NCBI GenBank assembly: GCA_048013815.1
Contig: CM106585.1
Span: 10,664,001 to 10,728,000, forward strand
Direction: 5' to 3'
Source: Setoptus koraiensis
Lineage: Eukaryota; Animalia; Arthropoda
DNA length: 64,000 bases
Shown here one piece after another: positions 47,515 through 59,800 of the stretch (the first letter of the stretch is position 1; each line of letters begins with the position of its first letter). The notes below the pieces were generated by a model. It searched no databases. It was not told where the DNA came from and saw only the letters and a list, made by a program, of their open reading frames with translations. Both the position numbers and the translations under genes were made by a program.

Positions 47515-48369
47515 ATGGACAGCGCCGAGCCAATAAACTTGGTTCACACCAGCCTGTCAGCAAGGGCGCCCGACGCGCTTGTTGCAAGCCGAACAACCAC
47601 CAACAACGACTGCCAATGCCGCGGGGCCGTTGCGCCGGCCGTCACAAACAACCGCTCGTCCTGTTATAAATGTCAAAGCTCAAAATCGCCCACGCCACTT
47701 AGGCGGAACTTTAAATCGCACTACATAGACGACATTATAGCCACTGGCACCACCACCAATAATACTTATGCTGCTGCTGCTGCTGTTGTTGTCAACTCGC
47801 TACTAAATCCAATCCAAAAGAGCCACTCGATAGTGGAGTCGTGTTATTCGCGCCAACCAACAACCAGCAAAGCGCCGGCGCCGTCCAACGACAATGCCAG
47901 CTCCAATAGTGAGACGATGGCAAGTGGCTGTGGCACCGGCTCGGCGCAGAGCGAAACTGATCGCAGCACCACTAGCGCTACTAGCACCGCTAGCGACGCC
48001 GGTTACGTAAGCACCGGAAACGGAAGTGAAGCCTTCGCGCCCAGCTCAAGTGGCAGCGGCGGTGGTCGCAGTAGTAGCAGCAGCAGCAGTAGCAGCAGCA
48101 GTAGCAGTGGCAGTGGCAGCGAGAGTGGCAGCAGGCGGAACAGTGCGCAAGACGCTTTTGAGGCCCAGTCGAGATTGCCCGTCAAGAAGCGTCTGCTGAG
48201 TTTGGCCGCCGCGGAACAGTCGTCGTCGCCGCAGCCGTCGTCATCGTGGCCCTCAAATCTCGAGTGCGGCCCGAGTAGACACCACCAACAGCAGCAGCAG
48301 CAGCACCACCACCAGCACCACCACCACCAACAACAACAACAACAACAGCAACAACATCAACAACAACAA

Positions 48370-48446
<77 letters not shown>

Positions 48447-49578
48447 ACATCAACAACAACAAAAAGTAAATGAGATGTTCAATGGCGACTGTCACATTAG
48501 CGGCAGCTACTATTTACCTGACAACTGTTGTGGCTGCCAAGTGGCCAATTGTTGTGGGCACGGCGCCAGCGCCAAATCGTCGTCGTCGTCAGTGAGCAAG
48601 CCGCAGCACCAACTGTTGTCGTCTAGATCGGACAATTCACTAGTGGACGACAAATCGAGCGGCCTCAAGCTGGCCCAGTATGCGCCGGCGGCGGCGCCCG
48701 TGTACGGGGCCCCGTATCTGTTGACATACTGTTCGTCGCAGCCGCTGACCGGCCCCACAAGTGCCAACAAGTTAACTTACTACGACAGCCAGCAGCAACA
48801 ACAGCAGCAGGCCCAACAACAACAGGCCGTGCCAATGAAGCTCATGCAACAGCAACAACAACAACAACAACAAACCGCTCTCTCAATTAACTGTGAGGCC
48901 ACTGTGAATAAAAGCAGCAGGAAAGCAGCCTCGCAATTGCTGGCGGACACTCATCGTGCAACCGACCAATCCTTTTGTATGAAGAAAGTGTTTGCTGGCA
49001 CCGGAAGTGGTGGCTTGACAAACAAAGCGGCGGCCAATTTGATAACGAACAAAACGATGGCCGGTAATGGGGCGGATGCTGATGGCGCAACACAATTGAC
49101 GAGCAAGGTGGCCAGCACCAGTGGTGTGGTGGCTGCTGTCATGCTTAGAAAGAATGCAGCTCACAATGAGGCAATTAGCAGCCACAGACAAACAACAATT
49201 GCGCAACAGCAGCAGCCAATTGCGCAAACGAGGGTGCCGTCCGCGTTCAAGGAGGAACTCGATCAGGATTACATTTACATACCTGGCCGGGGCCGGGGCA
49301 AGTGGGTGTGCATGAAGTGCGGAATAAGATGCAAGAAGCCTAGCATGCTAAAGAAACATTTTCGCACGCACACAAACCTGAGGCCCTTCTTTTGTATCCA
49401 ATGCGCGCGAGCCTTTAAAACCCGGGGCAATCTTACCAAGCACATGAAATCAAAGTCGCACTTCAAGCGGTGCCAGGATTTGGGCATTCACAACGTGCCA
49501 ACAAAGATCGACAACAGGAGCCAGATAGACACCATAGCGCTGGCCATTCAGCGCAACATAGAGCTAGACATGGCCTGA
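47515..49578 (+). CDS. shn: Schnurri/HIVEP-like C2H2 zinc-finger transcription factor, short, poly-Q rich, single ORF
   Basis: [72 protein letters not shown] matches the HIVEP/Shn C-terminal finger pair. RLPVKKRLL and DAGYVS resemble family motifs. An upstream exon cannot be excluded. Confidence 0.88.
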
Positions 49579-49744
49579 TCGCTGCTATTTCGCCGTGCTT
49601 TCGCCGTGATTTTGCCGCGCTTTTGCCCTGATTTTACCCTGACCACATTATCGCCGTCCTGTCGCTGTTATGGGCCGATATTGTCGTCATTGCAACTATG
49701 CCGAGACTATCATTTTTATTATCATTATCATCATCATGAGAGCA

Positions 49745-49775
<31 letters not shown>

Positions 49776-51144
49776 CCACCACATCTCACTATTACTATGC
49801 CGAGACTATTAGTGTTACCATGCCGAGATTACTATTATTATTATCATTATTATTACTATTATTAGTGATATGACCATGCCGAGACAGATTATGGTTGTTG
49901 TAGATATTTAGTATGTGTGTAGTATTGTTTTTGTGAGAGCCACCCACGCACGCACAAACACACGCCGAACGTGACGCGCTTGTGTGACGCTTGCGTTGGG
50001 GCCCCGCCGATCGGGCCAAGGGCGCTCTTTGGCGACAAACACACCACTGGCTCTATTGCGAGCTGTAAATAAAATAAAGCGTCAGCTATGCCAATGCTGC
50101 ATAGAGTGTAATTTGACGACAAACAAACATAACATACATTACATAATAATAATAATAATAATCAATCAATTGGCTGCCATTGGCGTCGCGCCGACCGTTC
50201 GTGAGATGGCGCCCATCGCGGTGTCATATTATGGCTTCCTGTCGCTGGGCGCGCATGACCGTTTGCTCTGTTTATTTTTCGTTCTGTCCCATTCATGCTG
50301 CCAGGCAACTCGCTGCGCGACTCGCCGCGACTCGCTGCGACTCGCTATGCGACTCGACAGTCCACAAGCGAGCCCACAAGCGAGCCAACGAGCGAGCCGA
50401 CGAGCGAGCTGCATAGCGAATCAGCGAATCAGCGAATCAGCGAATTAGCGAGCTAGCGAGCTAGTTGCGAGTTGGCGAGTTAGCGAGTTAGTTGCGACTG
50501 TCGGGCGAGTTTGCCGCTGCAAATCGTTTGCAAATTATCCGCGTCTGCCCCTGGACGCCCGTCGACACACATCGCGTAACACGAAACTGCGCCCATCGCG
50601 CCCGTATCGACTCATCGTATCGACACACATCGATCGAGTCACAACGCGCAGCGTATTGTCAGTATTGTCAGCCAAAAAGCGAGCCCCATGTTGCCAGTGA
50701 GCGCTGGCAAGTCGATGACAAATTATACAAATTTAAAATGTGCGACAAGTTGAAGCGTCACCAATCAACACAACAGAACAATGTTCCAATGGGCGCCAAT
50801 CGCTACTAGCGGCACTCTGGCCATCACATGAATCAAGTGGCGGGCCCATCGCAAGCCAACAGCAAGCCAACAGCAAGCCAATAGCAAGCCAATCGCAAGC
50901 CAATAGCAAGCCAATGTGTCACCACAAACTCACTCATCTGACCAGCCACTAATACACTCGCAATATTGCATATTATTGTGCGCCATTGTATCATTACATC
51001 ATCATCGTATTGTTTCATACGTGGTGTGTTGAGTAAAGTAAGACAGCACAAGCAAACGAGCAGCCGACCAGCACGGTGCGACAACAACAACAACAACAAT
51101 TTAATGATAGCAACCGCAAACTGCGACAATTCAAGCGCGCAATT

Positions 51145-53362
51145 ATGGGCAAATCTAACAGCAAATTGGGCGTTGCGGTGATGGAAAAGTTGAAAAAGGA
51201 AACCTATTGTAAGTATCGGCCAACAGCCAACGCTTGACTGCAAATAACTCGCTCGTCGCCGGACACTGCGCCAATTGCGGGCGCCCGTCATTTGTCGGCG
51301 TTTGTCAGCGTCTGTCATTTGTCATTGGTCGTTTGTCGTTCGTCGTTCGTCGTTCGTCGTTCGTCGTTCGTCGTTCGTCGTTCGTCGTTTGTCGTTTGTC
51401 GTTTGTCGTTCGTCGTTTGTCGTTCGTCGTTTGGGGCCCGCTTTGGCACTGTGGAGCCGGGCGACATTAACGTTAGATCTATCTCTGCTTGTTCGCCGCA
51501 ACTGCGCCCAGCCCCGGCAATATCCGAGGCTGAGCCGCAGCAATATCCGAGGCCAGGCCGAGGCTCCGGCCTCGGATATTTGTGTGCATATATGCCAATG
51601 TATGCATACAAATGTATGCATATACGTTGGTAGTGCGTAAAGCGACTCACGTAAAGCGACGGGCTGTTGCAAGCATATGGACGGCGCTGCGACTGGATCG
51701 GTGAAGGGCTGCTGAATTGTGAGAATATCTCGAAATTATATAAATTCAATATTTTCAACTATTCACTGCGCCCTGCATCGGCGCCGGCCAGCGGCCACTG
51801 TAACTGTGACTCGTGGCCAATTGTCTGCACAGCGTCCGACCGCCAACTGCTTCGAACGGGGGCCGGTTGGCCCCCGTTCGAGACCAGCGCCTTCGATGTG
51901 GCGAGATGGCGAGATGGCGAGATGGCCACTCTGGCGGCGGTGTCGTCATCGCGACCATACACGACATGTAAGATCGTATACACGAAATTACACACAAAGC
52001 GAGAGTGAGAGACAACAGATCTTGGCATCATATTAACATTGCTCGGCCAACACTGACTGACACGATGATTGCGTCGCCGTTGCGGGGGCCACTCGATACA
52101 CTTGCAACATGCATCCATTATGTGCAGCCTATACACATTATGTAACGTTATGTTGATGATGATGATAGCTATATGCATAGTGGTATCGGTTGCAAGTTGC
52201 GACACAAGCAACTCGCCAAGCTAGTTGCTTAATGTTCATGTGACATTTAAATATGTGCCCAGACTGCATGCGATCGGCGCCGCATGTTGGCCGCATGTTG
52301 GCCGCATGTTGGCGCTGCAAACCAGCCGACACAATATGAGCCGACACAATATGAGCCGAGCCAATGGGAGCCGAGCCAATGTGAGCCGACACAATGTGAG
52401 CCGAGCCAATATAAAGTTGCCCTAATGCCCACGTGGTTTGGTCTTACAACGTCACGGTGCCCTCACCGGCCCGGCCCGGCCCGGCCCGGCTTGTTAGTGG
52501 GCGCCCCGGTGGCAGCTCATGGCTCATGGAAATTGCTCATTGGCCATCATGTATTCACTGTGTCGGTCACCATGGGCACAGAATCATGCGCTTCATTAGA
52601 ACTGGGACACGGCTCGTCATCTCGCTTGCTTTTTATCTCTTTGCCTCATCCCCTCTCCATTTCGCCCGTTCCGCCGTTCCGCCCGTTCCGCCGTTCCGCC
52701 CGTTCTGCCCGCTCTTCCGTTCTCCCCATTCGCCCCGTTCTCTGCGTCGGGCGCCGCATCGGGCGCCGCGTGGGGCGCGCCATTCTCGAGCTCACTGGGC
52801 CCGCTGCGGCTCGAGAATGGGCAAGCTCGTTGACGGTTGCACTCGTGCAGTCCGACTGCAGCGGTCGTGCTCAGATGACAATGGCGCGACCCAAGCGAAC
52901 CCGCACGCCCAAATTTTTTGGGCCAAATATCGGCTTGCTATTGGGGCGGGCGGGATATTGCCGGCCAGCAGACATTGTTGGTTTGCACCAACCAATTGAA
53001 GAGCGCCCCATTCACAGCGTGAGCGAGCGGCCAAGAAACTGTGATTGTGCGTCTCACTGGAACTTAATTGTGCGATGCTCACCGTGTCGCCAGTCACCGT
53101 GTTGCCAGTCACTGCGTAGCCAGTCACTGTGATGGCTTGGCGACGCTTGTGGGGCCCCCGCCTGCGAGTTGGTGGCTGGCGCGAGCTTATTATTCAAACA
53201 GAGCCAATGTTTGTTGCAAGTGATGAGTGCAAAAAAGTAGCGTAATAAACGCAAAATAATCGCACACAATATTATGACAAGTGACACACAAAGACGCTGC
53301 CAACAACAACAGCAGCAACATCAACAACCGCAGCAGCAACAACAACAACAACAACAACAACA

Positions 53363-53394
<32 letters not shown>

Positions 53395-56300
53395 AACAGC
53401 CGCCAAGCGCTTGTAGCGACCGATGTAGCCACATCGCAGGCGAGCTGTTTATCGCCCGTTTCGCTCGTTTGGACTCGGCTCGGCTCACATCGGCTCGGCT
53501 CACATCGGCTCGGCTCGGCTGGCTTTGTTTGCGTCGTTTTTGAATCGTTTCCACTCGTTTTGTTGTTCAATTGGGTGAGCGCATCGAATCGTAATGGCGC
53601 TAATAATGGATAATGATAATTATAATGACGTGACGAGATAAATTGACGAGCAGCCCGCTGTTGGCGCTGCCTGCGCTGCATTTGCGCCCCTCAACAGCGA
53701 GCAGCAAACGGCAGGCGGCGACCTAGCGACCTAGCGACCCAGCGCCACAAAGTGGCAACAGCGACACAGTAGGCAAACATTGACTCGGCTCAATTATGCT
53801 ACTTTTGCATAATACGATTGCTGCCATGACACACACACACACATTATCACCACCGTTATGCTCTCATAACGGTACATTATACGCCCGGTTATGTAATCAG
53901 TATGCTCGCTCACCATAAGCGCTTATAATGAGCTGTGTCATTATTTTGTGTGTGTGTGTGTGTTTGTTGTTGTTCTTGTTGCGCTCGCAACTGGCTTCTT
54001 TGGTACACACTCTATACGCCACAGCTCTGCATACGCGGCGCTGTATGGGTGCACAGATCCGCAAATATCCGCACAATATGCGCTCGTGTACGCGAATATC
54101 CGCACAAGCACACGCACACGTACACAAGACGCTCGCCGGCAACAATCTAGCGACAATTCGTTTGGGCCTCTTTTTATCATCTAGCCTCATCACCTAAAGC
54201 CGCGCTGCTGCACGCGTCACACACCGTGAATTGTCCGTGTCTCGCCTACCTGTTTGCTGTTGTTGTTGTTGTTGCGTAAGCGTTGTTTACATTAGACACC
54301 TGAGCAAGTATTGATTGTTGGCGCGCCACATAGCAGCCAATTACACCGGCTATTTATTTATTATTTTTATCTCGCTGCCCCTGTGTGTACACTGTACATA
54401 CACACAGTCTGTGTCACAGACTGTGTGTTGCGGGCTCCCCACGACACAGTCCCGTTACGTGGGGGTGCCCATGGCAGTGGCCGTTACGGAGCGTGCGTTT
54501 AATCTGTTTCCCTGGTGGCCGACGTCAAGCTGCCGTGCGCGCTTGTATGACATGACAGCAACAACGTAACGGCCAGAAATGTATTTATTTGTGTGTATCT
54601 GTGTGACATATAATTAGATTAGCGCAGCGACATAATTACGACTTGGCCCCACTGGCGCGCTACGTGTTGGCTGATGCGGCCGAGCCTCCAGCCTCCAGCC
54701 GCCACTTTAGCCGGCGCTTTGCAGAGCCGTGGGCCCGCAGCCGAAGCCTGCCAGCCAGCCAGTCAGCGAGCCAGCCAGCCAGCCAGCCGGGCCAGCGGCT
54801 CGGACCCGCGTGGGCCGCCCAGCGCCCGAATGAACCGAATGAGTTTGCGAGCGAGTTAGCGAACGCACCGGCGACAGCACACACTCATAGTTTGTTTCGC
54901 TCGCTTGTTTGGGGCCCGAACGGGTGCTGCGCGTTTCGCGATTTGCATCCAGCTTATTCGGCCCGACAGCTCGCCGCCACTCATCTGTCCAGCCATGTAT
55001 GCGGGCCGTCGAGCGGGCCACCGAGCGGGCCACCGAGCGGGCCACCGAGCGGGCCAGCATCGCGACCGGCACGACCCCTGCCGGCGCCCCAAAACAAACA
55101 GCCAGTAAATAATTAGATAATTATATGCTTGCCCGCTCTCCTTGGGCCCCGCTCCTCGGCCCTCGGCCCCTTGGCCCCTTCGTCTGACGGCTCGCCAGAC
55201 AGCGAGGCGGCCAGACTTATCGAGTTGCGGAGTCTAGACTCGTCTCGGTCGCTGGCACTTGCTCGCACAGCGCCCAGGTCGCCCCCGGTCGCCCCCGGTC
55301 GGCCTCGGTCGGCCTCGGTCGCCGCGACCAAGGCGACCGCCTCTGCCCGCCCGCCCGGCTAACCGGCGCGCCACTCGGCTAACCGGCTCACCGTTCGGCG
55401 GGCTCACCGTTCGGCGGGCTGACTGTTTGGCGGGCTGGCTCGGCGCGGCGGTTCGGCAGGCTGGCATCGGAATAACGCTAAATATAGCTTATGTAACAGC
55501 GGCACGTAGATTATGTAACGCACACAAAGATTATATAACGCAGATTATATAATATAGATTGTATTGTGTAAGATTGTATAATGGGCACGAATTGGCACCG
55601 CGGCAACCGGGCGCACCAACTGCAATATTAAATAACGAGTCGACGGCGCCGGCAAACATTGATAAATGTTTGGGCACGCAATATTGGCCAGGTTGGCGTC
55701 GGCCGGGCCCGCTCGCTAATAACTCTGCCTAACAACGATCCCTCAACGCCCCAACGCAGCGCCCCAACGCAGCGCCCGACTACAATGCCCGGCGAGTCGC
55801 TCGCCAGCCTGATGGTTCGGGCCCCGGCGAGCCTGATTATTAGTTTTGCAGCGGGCGCTAGCATTTTTATTATTGCCGATATTATTATTCTGATTATTAT
55901 TATTAGTATTGTAGTACTATTGTTAGTGGCGCTGCTGTTGTTATTGGAGTGGCATGGATATTATCGCGGCGCCTCTATCTTTTGGGGGCCGTAAGCCGCC
56001 GTGCGCAAACTTTGCCAGCCGATATTTGGCTTGCAAACTTTGCCAGCCAAATATCGGCCCAGCCAGCCGATATTTGGATCGGCGTGTGCGTTGCAAGTTG
56101 CAAGTTGCAAGTTGCGAGTTGCAAGTTGCGAGTTGCAAGTTGGAAATTGGGCCGCTCGCGGCTCGAAATTGGCTGCTGGCGAGCGTGCCAAATGGGAATT
56201 ACGCCAACAGTTGCCTGGTAATGGCAACAACAATCGGCTGCCCATTGATCTATTGACAACAAACGGCAGCCAGACTGATTCCATTGTTTTGCATTGTGTG

Positions 56301-56857
56301 CGCGACAGATAAAAAAAATTAGCCAAAAGTCAACAATCGCAAAGTCTCACAAATGCAGCCCCCGAAAGCGACTGCTTACGACTGTTTGCGACTGTTTTCG
56401 ACTGTTTATAACTGCTTACAACGGGCCCCGGCGCACGGCTCGCCAGAACAGGTAAACCAATATCGCCATGTCGTTGTTTTGTTTGTTTGTTTGCGAAGGC
56501 TTTGTTAGCGTGATATATGCGCGTATACATGCACGGCTACATGAGGCCCTATGTGGCGTGATATTAATGAGCAAGCGAGCAACGGGACACTAACGGCGGA
56601 TATTTGCACGGCTGCATGTTCGTTGGCGAGCTAGCCACTTAACCTAATCTAATCTAGTTTTGCCCAAACGACATCTACGCCGGCATGACGCTAATTCTGC
56701 GCGCTTGTGTTTATTTGGCCGTCATGTTGATATTTAATTGAGTTATTCAGTTTATTTTTGAGTGCTGTTGTTTGTCGACGCTGGCACGAGCACTCTCAAA
56801 TTGATTGCCGTCGCCGCTGTCGTGCCGTCGCCGCTGTCGTGCCGTCGCCGTTGTCAT

Positions 56858-56888
<31 letters not shown>

Positions 56889-59800
56889 GCACATAACTGT
56901 CAATATATAACTGCACACACAACTGTGCTCATGTGACAGACAGCGACCAACCATTTAATTATACAATATGATTACATCATTATATGATTATATAGAAATA
57001 ATAATCAAATTAAATTGATGGGGCTCACGCGACGCGCGCTCGTGCGTGCCTGGCCGGCGCTGCGGCCACTTCAATATCGAAAGTCGATCGCCGTATTAGC
57101 GTGTGGGCGCAATCATGTGATCACATTCATTGTTTGCCATGTCGGTTGCCATTTCACCATTGTCAGTGGTTGCGCAATGATTCGCGGCCAATCGCCATCG
57201 TCGAGCAGCGGCCGCAATATCGACGGTTGCAATATCGACGGTTGCGATATCGACGGTTGCGATATCGACGGTTGCGATATCGACGGTTGCGATAGCATGA
57301 CCGCGCGATTACGCAATGATCAACATCGACATCAACATCAAACCAACACGAAGCCAACATGACCCATGACAGTGCCCAACGGAGGCCAATTGTGATTAAT
57401 TGTGTCTCGTCAGCGAGCCAGCGAGCCGACGGGCCAACGGGCCAACGAGCCAGAGATATGGCCAGTGATGATAGATCGGGCGCATGATGTGAGCCTGCCA
57501 TGGAATTGTTTTGTGCCCTTTGTGGCGGTGTCAGTGTTTGTTGGGGCCCCTGACACAGGCCCCAACAAACGCTGTCTAGGGGCCCCTGTCGAACGCTGTG
57601 CCGAGCGGTCGATATAGGCTGTGGCCGGCAGCAAATGTTGTCGCGAATCGCCGTGCGACGGCCAAACAAGCGAGTGTCAACAAGCGGCATAATTCACTTA
57701 TTGATTATTACTTGTCGCTTACTGGCGCACTTATTATTATATCGATTGTGTGCGCCGCCATGGTCCGTCGCCAAGACCATGGCGGACAGCACTGTCATTG
57801 GGCCGGCATTGACAAGCCGCAAGCTGTTGGTTGCAGCTATTAATCACAGTGACTTATCCACTTTGATCTGTGCACTACTGGCACTGGCTCAAATTGGTCT
57901 CAGTGGCCACTTGGCTGCGCTTGTCACTCGGCTGCACTGGTCAGTTGGGTGCAGTGGTCAGTGGTCAGCGCCAATCAAGATCCTTATAAGACACTTATCC
58001 GTGCAAGTGTTTCTGTGCGTGTTGCACTGCCCGTGCACGTCCTATGCGCGCCATCTACGCCAGCGACACACAATCTAACGGTGCGTTTAGTGTGTGTGTG
58101 TGCGGCAACAATATTAAGCGTCTTGTGAGACAAACAACAGTTATGTAACAACAGTTACGTAACTGTTGTTACGTAACAACAGTGGCGCAACAACAGTTGC
58201 GTAACAACAGTTGCGCGGCTCGCGCAGAACGTGACGATCGTTTGTCGTGTGGGGCGCGTTGCGCAACACGGTGTGCCGTTGAGCGAACAACGACAACACT
58301 GTTGACAGCATTGATTCGCAATTGTCAGTTAGTCTCTCAATCGGATAGTTTGTTTGCCGGCCCGCGCAGACACTTGCCGTCACACTGACTGTTATTGCTG
58401 TTGTTGTTGTCGCTGCGCAACAGCGCCGACGACGACAACGACGACAACGACGACAACGACGACGACAACGACGACGACAACAACGACGACAACAACGACA
58501 ACGACGACAGCAGCAGCAAAGACAACGACGACAGCAGCAAAGACGACGTTTTATTGGGGGCCAGTGCGCGACAAAGTGTCTCTATAAGTATGACACTTTG
58601 TGATAAACTGATCGCTGACTTGTGCCGGCTCACAACGACGAGCTCACTTGTTCGCACTTGGCGAGCCCGGCGAGGTTATTTGTCAGTGTCGTTGTTGTGG
58701 CAAGCGCGCTGACACAACTGGCGACACATTTTGAACGCGAGCCAAGAATAACAAACAGCGTGCGTTGGCACAGGAAGACAATCTAATTAATTATGCAGCC
58801 ACTAGTGCCAGTAACAGTTTTTTGCTTACCGCGGCACTGCTTACATGGCGGCACGTTACACGACCATGAGTTGTGCTGCTATGAGTCGTGTGACTCATAA
58901 CTTATAAGACTGTTACACGGCGTCTTGGCGGCCCGTCGCCACTCTCAGCCAGTTTGTCGCCAGTTTGTCGCCAGTTTGTCAAGCTCGCCAATTCGCCTGG
59001 CGTCGGTCGTGTGCGCGTTGCTTGGGCGCGATCTTGTGCAATGTTGCGCGATTTTATTTTATTTTGTCTTGTCGTCGTCGTGTCGTCGTCGTGTCGTCGT
59101 CGTGTCGTCGCATAAGGTCGTCGCATAAGGTCGTCGCATAGGGTCGCGCGGAGTCGCGCGGAGTCTCGCCCAGTCGCTCAGTCCCGTGCGGTGCATGGAG
59201 GCGAGCCTATACTCCGAGTAGCATACTCGTCACTCCGCCGGCACTCACTGGATCCAGTGAATATCCAGTGGATACAATGCGCACTGTTTGGCAAGACACA
59301 CGAGATGCAGATTGACTGCTCACTCGGTGGCCCCCTCAGTTGACGCGCCAGTGTCCGACATGAAGCCAGCCAGCCAACGGCAGTGGCCGCTGTCGCATCG
59401 GCTACACGGGCCCAGCGCACCGGCCGATCCTAACGAGTCCAATGAAGCATGATGTTGGCGATTTAGCAATTTGGCGCCAAGCTACCGTGTTTTACGTGTA
59501 TGTTGTACACGCGTGTACACGTACGCGGTAATACACGTGTACTGCATCTCGCCAGCATGCAGTTGGATGGCAGCTTGCACGTGCTCTTGCACGTACTCTT
59601 GCTTGCACACACTGGCGCACACTGGCGCACACTGGCGCACACTGGCGCATTGTGGCGCATTGTGGCGCACTGTGGCGCACTGTGGCGCCCGCTGGCCAGC
59701 CCAAACACAATTGGGCGTGCACAATATTACGCAACATTGTTTGTGCGGCCAATAGCGCGCTGGCTAATGCCGTTGCGTAATGCCGTTGCGTAATGCCGTT

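Noticed and set aside
58366-58381. CAGAC-N4-GCCGTC as a Shn/Mad/Medea silencer element
   Set aside because: The established element needs a 5-nt spacer (GRCGNC-N5-GTCTG); this one has 4.
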